From Polymyxa betae A26-41 (taxonomy: Eukaryota; Protista; Endomyxa: Phytomyxea), in the NCBI GenBank assembly GCA_003693705.1, contig RBZT01000673.1:124001-188000 (forward strand): a stretch of DNA of 64,000 bases. The letters are read 5' to 3'. Both the position numbers and the translations under genes were made by a program. Of this stretch, positions 1 through 12,253 are shown in pieces. The notes beneath the pieces were generated by a model. The model was not told the origin of the DNA, did not search any database, and saw nothing but the letters and a program-made list of their open reading frames with translations. Each line of letters starts with the position of its first letter. The stretch's first letter is position 1.

Positions 1-466
1 GAACGTTGGCGAACAGGTTGAACAATTTCCGCAAAGCCTGATTGGCGCTGGTAAAAGACTTTCCATTGACTTCTACTTTGGGACTCGTTCCCGGTGGTAC
101 TGTGATTGGTCCTTTGAAGATCACACCAGTTTCATCGAAAGCAGACAGAATGCGTTCATCAAGAAACTTTCCTAATACAAAGTACATGGGAATGTGTTTT
201 CGATTGCAGCTAATTCTATACCAGATTTCAAATAATAATCGTTACCAAATTCATATTCTTTCCAATTGATCTGAACTCCAGAAGCCTCAATAATTCTACA
301 GGTATTATCGACACATTCAGGTCCGATCCCATCACCTCGAAGCAACACTCTAGACAGCCAATCTGAGAATTCTTCAATCAACCAAACCCTTTTCATACAC
401 AGAATGGCTGGAACGTGGTCGAACCTGGCTCAAAGACCGGGTCAATGTGGATTTCAGCATGCTCAT
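1..466 (-). CDS. Isocitrate/isopropylmalate dehydrogenase family (NAD-IDH-like), 5' part; runs off the window
   Basis: Spliced translation MSMLKSTLTRSLSQVRPRSSHS..VLLRGDGIGPECVDNTCRIIEASGVQINW...LKGPITVP...SANQALRKLFNLFANV. GDGIGPE and N-x-x-LRK-x-F-x-L-F-A-N are family motifs; the N-terminus looks like a mitochondrial presequence. Confidence 0.85.
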
Positions 467-989
467 AAAATGTCTACAACGCACTTTCGATTATACTGTA
501 CCAACTAGCAAACGAATGTTGGTTTGGTTTAATGCCGCTCTGCAGTACATAGTTGACGAGGATGAAAATCTTATCGGCCCACGAGCAATGTCAGACAAAT
601 GATAGAGTATCAGCTTGGTCGTGACTAAAGTCTTGGAAAGCCATCGTTTCTTCTGATCCAGGAGAAGATGGCTGAAATGATGAGTGAATTTTATTACAGT
701 AGCGAAAAGCAACACTACATGGGGTGGCCTTCAAAATAGAAGTGAAATGCAATCACTGGAGTCATAATTCAAGGCTCGATATGCCTACTCTTATTGGCAT
801 GTGAGTTCAACTACGTATGAGCAAAAACCCTCTCCTGCGGTGTGTGTCAAAATGACCGCCAGAGAATTCCATCAGTTTCCGTGATCGAAAGTTTCGCGAC
901 TGCGCAGTTTTTAGGTTGGATTTGTCAGTCGGTATGGTTCCACGTCGCTCATTGTTTGTAATCGACACGATTATCGTCAATTACAGATA

Positions 990-3024
990 ATGGCCGGCTG
1001 CAAATGCGGCGGCACCGATATCGAGTATGACCACAGCCGTGGAGATGCAACATGCATGTCATGTGGTGCCGTTCTGTCTGAGAACCAGATCGTTACCGAG
1101 CTTGGTTTCGTGGAGAACGCAGCGGGTGTCAGCTCCATGGTTGGGCAGTTCGTACCAGCGTCGGGTATGTCCCAGCTTGGGGCTGGCGCGAAGTTATCAC
1201 GCCCGGGTACGATGTTCGGCACCGAATCTAGAGAAGTGACAATCTCCCGTGGGAAATTTAAGATCCAGTCGATGGCGATGTCTCTGAACATGAATAAGCA
1301 TCACGTAGAAGCTGCTCATCGCTTATTTGTTTTAGCGGTGCAGCATAACTTCACACAGGGCCGAAAAACTGACCATGTTGTCGCTGCCTGTTTGTACATC
1401 GTCTGTCGGCGAGAAAAGACGCAGCACATGCTGATCGATTTTTCTGATATTCTCCAAGAAAACGTTTATATTTTAGGTAGGGAATCTTACTTCTGTGGTG
1501 TTTCTGAGCTAATTCGTCGATTTAGGAAAAACTTACTTAAAGTTTATTCGAGTCTTAAATTTGACGATGCCGATCATCGATCCTTCGCTATTCGTCCATC
1601 GTTTCGCTGCACGGATGGAACTTGAGGAGAAAACGCATGCTGTCTCCATGACAGCTTTGCGTTTAATCGCACGCATGCGTCGTGATTGGATGGCCATAGG
1701 TACCATCTTAGGCTTCTATCACTGACGATATTAATCTTTAAATTAGGCAGGAGGCCTGCAGGTATCTGCGGAGCTGCTTTAATGATTGCCGCTAAGATTC
1801 ATGGGTTTCGTCGATCACAGAAGGAAGTTGGGCGTATTATCAAGATGTGTGAAGCGACGCTTCGGAAGCGTGTCATGGAATTCATTGATACGCCTTCGTC
1901 GCATCAGACTGTTGCTGAATTTCACGAATCTCCGGACGATTTCGCTATTGAAATGGACCCGCCTGCATTCCGTTGCAAAGTATATTGCAGCAAGACAGAA
2001 CTTTGTTCAAAAAAAGGAGAACCAGAAGAGGACGAGGAATCGCAGCTGGAAGCTGATGCTCGCAAGGAGATCGATGATGAAATGCGCCAAGCTCTAAAAT
2101 CCAATGAGCTTCGTTCACTGGAGAATGAATTTCATTCCACGTCCTGTACACCGGCTTTCAGCTCCAATGACAAATCACCTTCAGAAAGACCTATATCTCC
2201 TCCATTGCCTTCGGTAGCGTCTGGATTTGTGCTCACTTTGTTGTGATTGACGTGTGCACTCGTAATCAGATCACAGGAGGTGATCCTGCTAACTTCCAGG
2301 AAGATCGTGAAGAACAAGGATACGATGTCTCTAATGAGAGAGAAAAAGAGGCAGACTCAGAGGGCGAAGAAAGAAATCAGGAAGTAGACGAAAATGGCAG
2401 AGTGATTACCGAAGAGAGTCTCTCTTCTGAATCCGATGATGAAGAACTGGCACGAATGGTTCTATCGGTTGATGAGCAGATTTGCAAGGAGAAAATCTGG
2501 ACCGAGGTCAATAAGGATTATTTGCGAGAGCAGGTCGGAAATGCTGGTTGCTTTTGTTGCTGGCCATTTATTCAGAGGACATAGGAAATCAAACGCAAAT
2601 GGGAAGAGGACCAGATTGCTATGGGAATCGAGCCGGATTCCGTTAGAAGAAAGAGAAGAAGGACAAAAACGCAAAATACAGCGAAGACCCCTGCCGAAGC
2701 AACTTTGAATGCGTTAAGCAACAAGAAGTCTGCTAAGATCAATTATGATATTTTGAAAGATCTCTTCGACTCTGCTCCTGTTCATAAGGCCTCCTCTTCC
2801 AATGCTGACAAAGGCGAAGGTAGAAACCTCGCTTTTGCTTACACCTGCAGCTCAACGTTTATGGTTTAGAACATCTTGCAAGTGAGATTGTTGGCGAAGA
2901 TGACGGTGATATCATCGAAGATGGCGAGGATGAGGCGCTGGAGATCGATGACGAACTGATGCACCGGGATTATGGCGAAGATGATCTCGTTGATGAACTC
3001 TATGAAGATGGTGATGACTACTAA
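990..3024 (+). CDS. BRF1: TFIIIB subunit Brf1 (multi-exon)
   Basis: N-terminal Zn ribbon (CKCG...CMSCG), cyclin-fold repeats (FTQGRK..VVAACLYIVCR; GRRPAGICGAAL), C-terminal Brf1 region (KEKIWTEVNKDYL...SAKINYDILKDL) and an acidic tail ending TAA at 3022-3024. Confidence 0.95.
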
Positions 3025-3370
3025 TATTGTCTAATATTCCATGCCCTATGTTTAAATATATAAATCCCCAATACTTCTATACTCTAGTCTCTGATAAGTC
3101 CTGATTTCTGGACGCCAGCTCATGGCTGGTGTTCTTACGACGTGCTCCTTTGCCACTTATATCAGCAGCGCAATTGCCGGCTCATACCTATTGCAGATGA
3201 TGTCGGAGCGCCTTTTGCTCATGGATCGGCGCTGTCCCTGTAAGTGGCATTAGGTTAAACTCAAAGATTGGATGGATGGGTACGGTTCGCGGTCAAGCCA
3301 GCCCTACCCGCTTAACACATCTGATCTTTTAACAGAAGCGGGCACCCAGCGTCCTTCTGGCGGCACCATC

Positions 3371-6300
3371 ATGGCCGATGTAATCCATCATTGTTCACGT
3401 TCTCTTTGTTTTAATCAACGATACAGACATCCACCGAAGATGTGATTAACGGGGCGGAAATGAATTTGGCGTTGCAAGCGAATGTTATTGAATCAATAGA
3501 ACGCGACTTTCAGAAAGTGTTCGATCAGTTGTCAGCCGATGATTCTCTTAAAACGTTCCGACTTGAATATGAGAAATTACATGCTGCCTTGAGGAAATCT
3601 CACGAGAATGAGAAATTATTGATGAACAAATGCAGGGCGTTGAACGCCGATATCCTGCAGAATGCATCGAAAGTGCACCAGGCTCTCCGTTTGAGCCAGG
3701 AGGATCAGAACTCGATCCAGCTGTTGAAGCGCGAAATCGACAAGGCTTGGAAGATGGTCGATGCCGCCCACGAAAAAGAAAAAAATGCCAAAAAGACAAC
3801 GCAAGCCTTGAAGCAGGAGATCGCTAACCTTAGCCGTCTGGTCGATCAAGGAGCCGGACTTAGCATCGGCCAGGAGAACACCGTCAATGAACTGATCGCA
3901 GACAAGAACAAGTTAGCAGCCGAGATCGTTCATCTCAATGAGACACTGCAAGGGCAGACTGCCCAGATTGACTCCCTCAAGAAAGATGCCGAACAATACG
4001 AATCGGTGAATTTGTGCTATCTCGCTGTCGCTGATCGGCTAACGTTTGATCTTAGCTCAAATCTGGGCTGGAGTCGTCGCTGTCCGAAGCTCAGTCGCAA
4101 ACGGCTAAAGCGAAAGCCGAAGCGGAACGCGAAGCTCGTCGCGCTCAACGTCTGCAGGACGAAATGTTGGGGTTGAAGCAGTTCAGCGACAACCGCGAAT
4201 TGGAGATTCAGCAGCTGAACTATGAGCTGGAGCAGGTCCGAGCTGAATCCGATCAGCTGCGTCTATTAATTAAAGACAGCTCCATCAATCTAGAAAGGCA
4301 TATCTCAGCTGTATCTTGGTTAATCTCGTCTAAAAGAAAGCTCGGCTAGGTTCCGTCGCGTCGGTGACGATCTGCGCCTGAAGAACGATGAATACGAACG
4401 ACGCATTGAGGGCTATGTCAAACAGGCGAATCGGACCACTGAGCAAATCGAGGCGCTTCAGGCCAAAGTCGAGGCTAAAACCGATCTTATTCGGAAAAAG
4501 AACGAAGAAATCGAGCAAATGAAGAAACGCATTGCTAAAGCCGGGAAAGATCTCGACGTCATGACTGAAAAAAAAGAGGTTCGTACTGTATAATCGTACA
4601 TAGGAACAATTCGCATAATTATGAAATGCAGGAGATTGAGAACCAGCGCGAATATCTGAAATCTGAATTGATGTCGTTCTCGAAAGAGATGGAGACTTTT
4701 AAGCGTCATGCAGACAGCGATGATCGTACGATTAAAGAATTGCAGTCTCTCCTGAAGAAGCTTGCTGCCGGTGTCCAACAATCCAAAGATAAAAACAAGA
4801 ACCAGCTTGAACTGGTGAAGAAGCATAAAGAGGATAAAAAGTTAATACTTGGCTGATTGGCTCGTTCATTGATGTATTGCTGACACAATGTTGTAGGCTG
4901 CTAGAGCAGGATATCAAGGTGCATAAGCAGCTGGAAGAAAAAATGATGAAGACGAACCATGATCTCGAAATAGGCCAAGAAAAAGCCTCTATGACAGTTC
5001 TATGCTGGCAAAAGAAATATGAGCAGGTCTGTGATCTATCTGCTATAGATTCATGTTATCTTTATCGTTGCCAATACCATACATCATTGATTTTCCATTT
5101 AAGATTAACATGCGTTTCCTGCCCCCATAGGAGCGTTTCTTATCTCTTCTGATATCGGCGTTTATCAGAATATCGGAATTCCTTGCAATAGAGTTCTGCA
5201 AATGATTTTTGCGTTGCACGGTTATAGGGCTTAATCGTTAAGCCATAATTTTTTCGTAGTCGTTTGAATTGCTGTTTGACTATATCATCGGGTTTATATG
5301 AAATTTTCCAGGCGGAAGAGCTGCTTAAGAGTAAAGAAATGGAAATCACGGAACTACAGAAGAAGATCAGCGAAGAGAAACAGAAATTAAAGGCGCAGCA
5401 GGCCCTCTACGAAAGCGTCAGAGCCGATCGAAATCAATTCTCACAGCAATGCGTGGAAGTTCAGGACGAGATTTCTGAGATGAAGAAAAAATTCAAGATC
5501 ATCACACATCAGATTGACCAGCTCAAAGAAGAAATTGAGAAAAAAGATAACGTAACGAGCAAAACTGGAGTCTGGTGCATTCCTTTGCTGATGAAGATGT
5601 TCTGTAGGCCGTAGTCCAGCAACATTTCACGATCAAGAGTCTGAAGGAAGAAATCAAATCTCTAAAAAAGCAGTCTTCGAAGAAAGATACAATTCTGGAG
5701 AGCACCGATCAGCTTCTATCAAGTCAGGATGTCGAGATCAAGAATTTGAGGTTCGCTCTGATGGAAGCCGAGCAGGCACAGAAACAGCAGAGAAAGGTCT
5801 ACGATGATGTCGTCGGAGAAAGGGTAATGGACATATAAGCGCTTTCTCATGCCTTTGATTTCGTGTCGCGGTTCGGCTTCATTGATTTCTGCTGTAAAAC
5901 ATTGCTTTAGCTCATAACCGCTTTTGATTTGTCGGCGCGATCCACCTCGAATGTTTCTGACATAGTCGTAGGATGTCCTCGGAGCACAGCTCATCCGACG
6001 CAACGACGAGCTGGCGCTGCTTTACGAGAAGATCAAGATTCAAGAGTCGATTGTCGCCAAAGGAGAAATCCAATACCAGGATCGCATCACTGATATTAAG
6101 TTGATGCGTCGCGATATGGCCGATATGGAGCGACAACTGGCCCTGCGAACCCAACAACTTTCCAATACTGAGGCGTTAAAGGCTGAACTGCATCAGTTGC
6201 AGATTGAGATTCTACAGGAGAGGACTAAAGTCACAGCCCTTTCTGAAGAGCTTGAAACTCCCATGAATGTTCATAGGTATCTGAACCAACTTGACAATAA

Positions 6301-7007
6301 TGCCATAGAAACCTTTACTCTTTCGATAATCTTTCCACGAATAACTGGACGTGGTTGAAATCGATTTATATTAGACTTGAGTTTCAGCGACAATTGAGTT
6401 CAAATTTCAGATAATCATGGAAACAGCGCTCACCGCAAGTGATTTAGGTGGAGGAAACTGGAAGGTAGCGACCCGAAGGCTTGGGAGATGATTCAGAAGA
6501 TACAGACGTTACAAAAACGGCTGATCGCCAAAACCGAGGAAGTAGTTGAGAAAAACTCCATCATCGAAGAAAGCCAGAAACTCTACAAGGACCTGAAAAA
6601 CATACTAGCCAGGCAACCCGGACCCGAGATCGCCGAGCAGCTCTGTGTCTACCAGCAGACACTTAAAGTACGTTGACGAAGCCGAAATCGTGAACGAATC
6701 GCTAACGGATTTGGTGGTCTAGGAGAAAACGCGGCAAATGAAAGCCATGGCAGCCGAGCTGAATATGTTGCAGGCTCAGGCTAATGAATACCGTTACGAG
6801 ATTGCACAGATCACAAGCGAGCTGCAGGATGTAAAGCGCAAATATCTGGAGCAAAAGAAGATAATGCAGCTGGAGAAGGAAGCGCAACGTGCTGATCAGG
6901 TCGACACTAACGACCCGCTTTTGCGTCAGCAACATCAATTCGCCCAGCAACAAAATCGATTCGTTGGCGGCGGGTTCAATCTCAATGCAGGATCCACTAA
7001 TGTATAA
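3371..7007 (+). CDS. CFAP58: Cilia- and flagella-associated protein 58 (multi-exon coiled-coil)
   Basis: FRLEYEKLHAALRKSHENEK, KAWKMVDAAHEKE, LYESVRADRN, ERDVLGAQLIRRNDELALLYEKIKIQ, ELETPMNVHRWRKLEGSDP, LARQPGPE and C-terminal RFVGGGF are CFAP58/CCDC147 signatures. Confidence 0.93.
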
Positions 7008-7298
7008 TTTCTAATTTAAATAAACCTAGCTGAATTTGCGATCCCGAGTGATACATCCTGAAAAATCCCCATAAATGTGGAAATCGAGCAAACAGGAATT
7101 TGATGAGTAAAAAGCGGGATTCAGCATCTAAGAGCAACGACTCAGAAACTACAAAACGGTGACAGAAACTTTTATCATATGGCGAGACATTCAAAGTTAG
7201 TTTCGGCCACGTACGCTCCCATCGAGGTACGGTCCGACCAGTTGTGACCTCGAGAGTGGATTCGAGACGAATCTGCCTTCGTGGCGGACGGTGCCACC

Positions 7299-7893
7299 AT
7301 GATGAAGATCCGACCAAACATCATCCATCGGCGCGTTCGGGAACGCCCCGACCAGGTCCTAATCGAGAACCTCGACAAGGAGTACCAACAGGAACAGGAG
7401 CGTGCGGAAAAGCGACGCCAACGTCGCCAAACCTTGCTTGACGAACGTCGCAAGCACCTGTTCGCAACTCCCGAAGAGAAGGCCGGAATCATGTAAAGAG
7501 GGGTTTCCACCAACGACCTGACCTTGAACCCTGAACAGTCGCGAATCACTGGAATCCCGACAGCGTTTGGAGAAGGCGCGGCAGGCCCAGAAGCAAGCGC
7601 TAGACCAAGAGGAGCGCTGCATCACAAGCGACGTCCAACAACATCTGACGGTGGCTGAAGAGATCGATGACATGGAGCAGGCCGCGCGCCGCGCTTATAT
7701 GAGGAACCTCTGTCAGGAAAATCTGAAGGTTAACTATCACATTACTCTAGATAGATCGTCGTGTCTCTGATCGCCTCTACAGCTGGCTGAATACAGGCGC
7801 CGGCTCCAAGCTGAAGCCGAAGAGCGAGAAAAAACTCGCGAGCGAATCGCGTCCGGTTTCTACGAACGGTGGGGACGCAACGCCTTTACCTGA
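7299..7893 (+). CDS. Small coiled-coil protein, 3 exons, function unknown
   Basis: ORFs 7281-7496 and 7567-7770 join through short GT-AG introns to a last exon LAEYRRRLQAEAEERE...FYERWGRNAFT*; E/R/Q-rich helical composition. Confidence 0.7.
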
Positions 7894-8545
7894 GAAGGGC
7901 CTAGCCATCGTTCTTCTGCTTCTATAATAAATTAGTGGGAAGACGTCCTCTCCTTTCGATCATCGTTCCTTTCAACTCGCCGTGCAGGACGATCGTTTAA
8001 CGAAGCCTGTCAGGAGACCTCAGCACAGGCTTTTATTTCTGGTTTCAGATGTGGTCGTCAACGGGTGAGATGTCTGGTCTGTTCTGAAGATCCAGAAGCT
8101 GACGCCAAAATTGTTTCTAAAAATATTTTGTCAAAGCGCCACAACGGGATAGCTGAATGACATCCGCCAAACAAAACCGGAATGCAAAACATGACAAACT
8201 TGGCATTCAGTTCGTCAGAATCGTTGCCAATTGCATTCAGATCAGATTCTATTTCGTCTTCGACCTTCCAAACAGACCGAGCTCCCAGCACATCACTCTG
8301 CTGATAAGCTTGTGTTATTAGATTCAAACCGTTGTTGATCGATCCAGCCCTTTTTTTATGAATGCAATCTTAATAAAAAAGATTTCCCCAGTTTTGGAAC
8401 ACCAACGTACAGCATTACTTGGCAAGACTGATTTGCATAACGAAAGATTGAATAGAGAGATGAGATTGAGTTACCGAATGGACGAGGAATGACTCTATCA
8501 AACCTCTCACAACAACCCAGACCCTTATTGGGCTCAGTCCATAGA

Positions 8546-9646
8546 ATGCAGATTCGATGCAGCGCCCCGGGTAAGATCATCCTGCACGGCGAGCATGCCG
8601 TCGTTCATGGCGCCCCGGCCCTGGCAGTCGCCATTGATCGCCGCACCTACGTCACGATCACGATCACCCCGAACGATACCTGTCGCCTTCGCATCCTTGG
8701 CGCCGAATTTATTCTGTCTCATTCCAGCCTCATCAAGCTCTCAGCGTCATTTCGATCACGAAAACAATCGTTCATTTTGTCCGATCAGGTTGCTGACGAA
8801 CTACAGCGATTCGTCGACGACAATATTAAATCGGATCAGCCCGAGCACGCTATCAGCCTCACAGTTTTCGCCTACTTGTTTGCAGCCATCAGCAGTCAGT
8901 ATCCGGAATCTCATCTGCTCCAAAAGGCGTTCGAAATCGTGATCGAGAGCGAACTGCCAATAGGTGCCGGACTCGGGTCGTCAGCATCGTTCTGTGCAGC
9001 TACGACCGGCGCCATTCTGTTCGCCACGACCAACCGTGAATTGAACGAAAACGATCGCGACAATGTGAATCGATACGCATTCCAGGCCGAATGCATTGTA
9101 CATGGCAACCCGAGCGGCGTTGATAATTTCGTGGCAGTTGGAGGCGGTGCTGTTCTATATCGTATTGGGGCCGAGCCAAAGCGCCTACCAGCTCCATTAC
9201 AGCAGCGGGTCATCATTGTCGATACCAAGATCTCCAGGTCGACTAAGCATCTAGTGGCGAGCGTCTCTGAGTTTCGCAGACGGCATCCAGACGTGGCCGC
9301 CAAATTAATTGAAGCAATTGGTGAGATTTCGCAGGAAGCGGTCCAGAGGTTAAATTCGGGTTCATCGACTATCTGTCCCGAGCTGATTCGCGTCAATCAT
9401 CGATTGCTGGACGGTCTAGGAGTCAGCCATATCGCCATCGAACAAATCTGCAAGATGGCCGAGCACCATGGAATGGCTGCAAAACTAACTGGAGCAGGGG
9501 GCGGCGGTTGTGTCATCTGTATCGTTCCTGAAGATTCTGATACGGAACAGTTTATGATCGAGGTTCGTCAAGCCGGGTTCTACCCATTCGAAACGACGTT
9601 CAGCAGCATTGGTGTTGATGTACGACATGTTGATGTTTACACATAA
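8546..9646 (+). CDS. MVK: Mevalonate kinase (GHMP family), intronless
   Basis: SAPGKIILHGEHAVVHG, LPIGAGLGSSA, HGNPSGVDN and KLTGAGGGG motifs. Confidence 0.95.
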   Translation: MQIRCSAPGKIILHGEHAVVHGAPALAVAIDRRTYVTITITPNDTCRLRILGAEFILSHSSLIKLSASFRSRKQSFILSDQVADELQRFVDDNIKSDQPEHAISLTVFAYLFAAISSQYPESHLLQKAFEIVIESELPIGAGLGSSASFCAATTGAILFATTNRELNENDRDNVNRYAFQAECIVHGNPSGVDNFVAVGGGAVLYRIGAEPKRLPAPLQQRVIIVDTKISRSTKHLVASVSEFRRRHPDVAAKLIEAIGEISQEAVQRLNSGSSTICPELIRVNHRLLDGLGVSHIAIEQICKMAEHHGMAAKLTGAGGGGCVICIVPEDSDTEQFMIEVRQAGFYPFETTFSSIGVDVRHVDVYT

Positions 9647-9970
9647 ACCGAATGGGTTTCTGCCCGAGAACATGCACAATGCCATGGCTATACAGCAGTT
9701 TGATTAACATTCGCGTTCCGCATTCTATGTTCAAGATGTCCAGGAGCGTTTCATTTCCGACTCGCTTTTCAAAGTTGCTTGAATGATGCAGAATAATGAT
9801 ACGCGCCAGAAGAAAATCGAAATGCCAGATCGGGTAAAAAGGATTAAAGTTGCGTAGGATTTTTGCCACAGAAACTGCGCAGAATTCGGCATTTTCAAAG
9901 GCTGCGCTTGGCTTAGCTGCGTCCAGGTGTTGAGTTTCGTGCGTCTCTTTTGACCGACACTGTCAGATTG

Positions 9971-11759
9971 ATGACCATGAGTGTGTCTGAATCTGAACTA
10001 GCCGCTCGTCGAGCCCGGGCCCTGGCCATCGCCAGCAAGATCTCGTCTTCCGTTCTTGGCAAACATGCTAGATCTGAAGCTCCATCTTGGCCAGTGAGCG
10101 ATGGCTCTTCGCACGCTCGCGACGGCAACAGAGTCAAGATTTACCTACCGAAAGATAAAAGTCAGCAGTTTGTCGATATACTACAGGCTTCTGGCGGAGA
10201 GAAGTTAAGGCAAATGGAAAGACAAAGTGGTGCCCAGCTCTTTATTCGAGGAAAAGGTTTGTAAGCCTCTCTTGGATTTCATGTTTAACAGATTTGCAGG
10301 AAGCAGTAGAGACGGCAATGACGAATTCCCAGACGAGGACATCCATATTCTTGTGGAAGGACAGAGCGAATCGCAAGTTTCAGCCGCCGAACGTATCATC
10401 AATGATCTTCTCTTCAATAAGTCCTCCCAGCTGGAAGATGCACAGCGCAAACCAGGCACGTTGGTCCTATCCGATCGACTTTACGCTGCCGATATCGAAT
10501 ACTTGCCGTTCCGAGGCTCTGGTGACAAATCTAGGGTCATCAATGTCGCAGCGAATGCTGTTGGCCAGATTATCGGGCGGGGAGGCGAAACCATCAAGAT
10601 GCTGCAGATGAAAACTGGTGCCTTTATACAGGTTTCGCGCGAATCCGATCCCAGCTCTAATATGAAAACGGTCACAATCGAAGGGACACAATCTCAGGTT
10701 GATCATGCCGAAGATGAAATTATGCGAATTTTGCATGAAAACGAGCAGAAAGACCAACGTGGTCATGCCGGTTTAGGATTCGGTGCTGATACCACCACTG
10801 AGATCATTCGCATTCCTCACGACGCTGTCGGCTTGTTGATCGGGAAAGGCGGTCTGACTATCAAACAGCTGCAGATGCGAACTGGCTGTAATATTCAGGT
10901 TCAACGTGACTGCGATGCCGACCCATCTGCAGTCACCAGAGATGTGACATTGACGGGAACGGATAAACAGATCGAGGATGCCAAACGTGAATGCGCTGCC
11001 TTAGTGCAAGGGCACGGAACCGGACTCGATATTCCTCTGGAAGCAGTCGCCCCTGGCATGATCGTCATTACACTGATGATTCCAGGAACCTGTGTCGGCG
11101 GCATCATTGGAAAGCAAGGTGAAACGATCAAGGCTATTCAGCAACGTTCTGGTGCGCGCGTTCAGGTGTCGCGAGATGCTTCGATGCCAGAACGTGAAAT
11201 TACCGTTAGTGGCTCTGAACAGGCCGTACAAGTAGCCAAGGCGGAAATCGAGAGTATCGTTGCTGAGAATCAGGCGCGTGAATCTGGCGGTACGACTGGC
11301 CACCGGCGGACCAGCTATGGTGAATACGGCTACGAGAACGATCCGTATTCGAGACAGGCAGCGGCGTATGGCAGTGACGATTATTACCCTTATGCAGGTT
11401 ATTACATGCCGTATGGGTATTATGGCTACGATGCTTCAGCTGTTGGTGGTGCGACTGCTGCTCCTGGACAGGCCCCGGACGTGGAAAAACCTGAGTCTGC
11501 TGCGAACCCAACTCCGTCTGAGGAGAATGCGACCGAGGCGCCCCAGCAACCTGGTGCTGATGCGACTGATGCACAGATACAGCAGTGGCAGGCATACTGC
11601 ATGCAATATTACTCATACTATGGTCAGTATCCTCCAGAAGCGTATGGTGGACAACAGCAGTCTACAGATGGATCGACAGCGGCCAACTTCGAATCTGGCA
11701 ACGCCAGCCAGGAGGCTGAGACGCAAGCGTTATCAGAAGATGGTCAACCGAGCCGGTGA
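9971..11759 (+). CDS. Multi-KH-domain RNA-binding protein (FUBP/KSRP-like with an extra SF1-type KH)
   Basis: Three GxxG KH domains (IIGRGGETIK, LIGKGGLTIK, IIGKQGETIK), an N-terminal SF1-like KH (SGAQLFIRGKG...IHILVEG) and a Tyr-rich C-terminus (QWQAYCMQYY). One short intron near 10257-10299. Confidence 0.88.
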
Positions 11760-12253
11760 TGTTAGTGGTTCCCGAGTATAAATAATCCCATCCTGTCTAT
11801 GTTTTTCCATTGTTCGTTGTTGTGGTGATCTGATTCTTTTTGTTCACGAGTTTCTTTATTCTAGTAGCAGATCGGCATTATCATACTCAAGATTTCGCCC
11901 TTGTCGTTGGTGAACAAAGGTATCGACACGCTGTCTTGTTCCTGTCTTATCATCATCCATTCATTGCCTAATGTGCGATATGTCCTTTTTATCATGTAGG
12001 TCTGCGACAGGGCAGATGTGTGAGCCTGGGGGCCTCTATACATCCCTGAATTACCAAGAACCTGTAGATTTGGTATTTGCGACGTTAGATTTGTTCTGAT
12101 TTTCGCCACATCCGCCAATACAAACAAGGTACCATATTCAAGTAGATGCTGTCTATCAAATCCGTGTCAAAAACTAGCACCTTTACGATATGATGGATAG
12201 CCGAGCATTCAATAGATGCATTAGTTGCCTTTATAATTGGACGAAGAGCAGGA

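Noticed and set aside
3080-3100. Minus-strand TCAGAGACTA resembling the group I intron R element
   Set aside because: No convincing S element or host gene; likely chance.
8911-11781. Long antisense or alternate-frame ORFs over MVK and the KH gene (e.g. 8911-9396, 11260-11781)
   Set aside because: Shadows of real coding sequence with no recognisable motifs.
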